A stretch of 64,000 nt of DNA, taken from contig NC_069008.1 of NCBI RefSeq assembly GCF_001194135.2, forward strand, positions 14,668,041 through 14,732,040. Direction: 5' to 3'. The position numbers and the translations under genes are program-made. Numbering within the stretch: the first letter of the stretch is position 1; each line of letters opens with the position of its first letter. Of the stretch, positions 61,480-64,000 are shown piece by piece. Source of the stretch: Octopus bimaculoides (Eukaryota). A model generated the notes under the pieces. The model ran no database searches, had not been told where the DNA came from, and saw nothing but the letters and a program-made list of their open reading frames with translations.

Positions 61480-62090
61480 TCTCACCTCCCTTTTCCAGTC
61501 TTTCCCCTCTTCCCATTTATATCTCCTCCTCGTCCTCTCCCCCCTCTTTCTAATTTTCTGTTCTCCTTCCCTCTCCTCTGCTCTTAACAACTCCCCTTCC
61601 TCACTCCTCTCTGGAAGTTGCTCCCTATTTCACTCTCACCACCCTTTCACCACTCTATTCATCCCACCCCCTCTCCTCTATATACTTTTCCTCCCTCGCT
61701 CTCAATTCTTTCTATATTTTCATTCTCTCTGTCTTCCAAATACCTTCCTCTCTCTATATTTTTATACCATCCTCCCACACCGCTTTCTTTCCTTATAGAA
61801 CCTTATCTCGCTTTCCATTCTTCTCTCTCTATTCATCTGTCTTTCTATATACCCGCCTCTCTCCAATACTCTCTTTTCTATATGTTTTGCTCCTCCTCTC
61901 TTTTTTCGTTTTCCATCTCTTCCCTTTTCTCTATTTTGACTCTCCCTGTTCCTATCACTCTCTCTTATAAACCTACCTCTCTCTTTCATTCTCTACCTTT
62001 CCTTTTCTCATTCCCCCTCTACTTTTACCTTTCATATTCCATCCCCCTCTCTCTTTTTTCTTTGTCTCCCTTCCCTCTCCTCGCTCGCTA
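61480..62090 (+). repeat. About 600-bp polypyrimidine tract followed by CAG/CAA-rich stretch upstream of HDAC1 exon 1
   Basis: Plus strand is strongly C/T-biased; cagcagcag runs at 62140-62230. Confidence 0.8.
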
Positions 62091-62576
62091 GAGGTTGTCT
62101 CCTCAACCCGACCAACCATCCATCCGTCCAACTAACCAACCACAACAAGCAGCAATCGTCATCAGCAGCAGCAGCCTTAATCATCAGCAGCAGCAATAAC
62201 AGCCACGGCAGCAGCAGTAGTAGCAGCCACTTCCGGCCTCTCTCATTTCACCCTTTAACATTCTCCATCTCAGCTGTGGCTTTTCTTTCTCTCTCTCCCT
62301 TTTAACTCAATTGGAAAGGTCTGACCGGAGGTTATTCGGTTGACAACACTTACACACACACACACACACACACATACACAATATATATACATACATACGT
62401 ATTTATATAGCCAACACACATTCATACATACACATATATCTCTACACTCACAACTGATATTTAAATTGAGAGGCAGGGCGGCTTATATATACATACGTAT
62501 TTATATATATATTATATAGATTGCTGTGTATATATAATTATATATCATTTACTATATACACAAAAGAAGTAGAAAA

Positions 62577-62625
62577 ATGACCACTCAGGGACACAGTAAG
62601 AAACGAATATGTTACTATTATGATG
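62577..62625 (+). CDS. HDAC1: First coding exon of a class I histone deacetylase (HDAC1/2, Rpd3); gene continues beyond the window
   Basis: MTTQGHSKKRICYYYD(G) matches the HDAC1 N-terminus MAQTQGTRRKVCYYYDG; 49-nt phase-1 exon ending in G|GTAAGT donor at 62626; exon 2 not seen in the window. Confidence 0.85.
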
Positions 62626-62655
62626 GTAAGTTCAACTTTTATTCTCTTTGTGCAC

Positions 62656-62700
<45 letters not shown>

Positions 62701-63326
62701 AGCGCGCGTGTATATATGTATGTGTCTCCATCTCTGTGTATGTGTGTGTATGTGCACGTATGAATGTTTATACGTATAGGTTATACATCTTCCTCTTTAC
62801 ATATATCTACACATGTGATTGTGTACTTATATATATATACACTCGTGAAAATGTATGTTCATATCTTTAGTTCCCTACTTCGAACTCCATCCTAGTTCTG
62901 CTTTGTAATTACAATGTAGTTTACGAGAACTGTTAGACATAGCAGCCAAATCTCCCCCAATTACGCGCTATACCGTCTTAAAAAGAAGGATATATCGAAC
63001 AATGAAGTCCTATATATAAACGGATAGTCGTGGATGGAACGTCTGTCACGTTTGCTGAATCAGTATTGACCTATGAGCTTGTACGTGGTCACTCGAAATG
63101 CTAGAAATAGCAGTCAGATGTATATTCGTCTAGAAAAGTTATACATTGGAAAATCTATTCTGGGCACTACTTTTTCAGACATTGGACTGTAGCCACGATG
63201 TAGCAACGGCTTGAAAAGTTTTAGTCAAGTAAATCGATCACAGTCATTTTTGTCGACCTGCTCAGTGACGGGGACGTAAACAAACCAACATCGATTGTGA
63301 AGCGATGGCAGTGGACACACACACAC

Positions 63327-63675
63327 AGGCGCTGTCGTAGCTGTGTGGTAAGAAGCTTGCTTCCCAAACACATGGTTCCAGGTTCAGTCCCACTACGTGG
63401 CAAGTGTCTTCTACCATAGCCTTGTTAGTGGATTTGGTATACGGAAATTAGAAGCCCGTCGTATATGTATATATTTGTGTTTGTCCCCCCTCCCCCGCCA
63501 TCGCTTGACGACCGATGTGTTTATGTCGCCGTAACTTAGCGGTTTGGCAAAAGAGACCGATAGAATAAGTACTAGGCTTACGAAGAATGTCCTGGGGAAC
63601 GATTTCTTCGACTAACACCCTTTAAAAGCAGTGCTCTAGCATGGACGCAGTCAAATGCCTGAAACGAGTAAAAGA
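63327..63675 (+). mobile_element. CORE-like SINE family (also 520-576 plus 953-1265, 6185-6390 -, 14350-14460 -, 60235-60400 -)
   Basis: gtgtggtaagaagcttgcttccc..ggttcagtcccact..ggcaagtgtcttcta..agcatgg..gtcaaatg.ctgaaac.agtaaaaga. Confidence 0.8.
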
Positions 63676-63866
63676 ATGCACACACACACACACACACTTA
63701 TATCCACACACACACACATGTACGAAGGCCTTCTACTCAGTTTCCGTCTAATAAGATCCACTCAAGGTTTTGGCCAGCCTGGGGCTTTCGTAGAAAACAC
63801 TTGCCCGAGGTACCATGCAGTGGGATTGAACCTGAAACCATGTAGTATCAAAGTGAGGGTTCTTAA

Positions 63867-63902
<36 letters not shown>

Positions 63903-64000
63903 CGCAACGTGATAGTCACGGATGGCTGAGTTTTGAAAAACCAGCCATGTTTCTTTTCAACCGTACGCGTCTCAAAGAAAAGAAGCTGTTAGGTATGAGG

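Noticed and set aside
61618-62091. 157-aa Ser/Leu/Phe/Pro ORF
   Set aside because: Product of the polypyrimidine tract.

Overview
AT-rich, repeat-dense animal genomic DNA with several N-gaps. It most likely comes from a coleoid cephalopod such as Octopus; this is an inference from the KRAB-less C2H2 cluster and the SINE, RTE and microsatellite landscape. The window holds a cluster of six intronless-CDS poly-C2H2 zinc-finger genes (15, 11, 12 with 3 degenerate, 15, 18 and 8 fingers). They form three paralog pairs: direct (1/2), convergent (3/4) and divergent (5/6). They share a 5' leader, an atypical first finger and conserved upstream blocks. There are also two ZNF relics, orphan copies of the upstream blocks, and the first coding exon of an HDAC1/2 (Rpd3) gene near the right end. 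Intergenic DNA contains Penelope-like, RTE, CRE-like, R2-like, LTR, mariner, hAT/MITE, Merlin-like and SINE fragments. The most unusual signals are (i) an R2-type 3-zinc-finger plus Myb ORF fragment outside rDNA, bracketed by inverted repeats that each carry a decayed hammerhead ribozyme; (ii) several more hammerhead motifs, one with an intact core at 13280-13325; and (iii) a conserved ZNF N-terminal module and a palindromic upstream motif. A probable mis-oriented contig (49597-50829) is flagged. All alignments and folds were done by eye; no database search was run.
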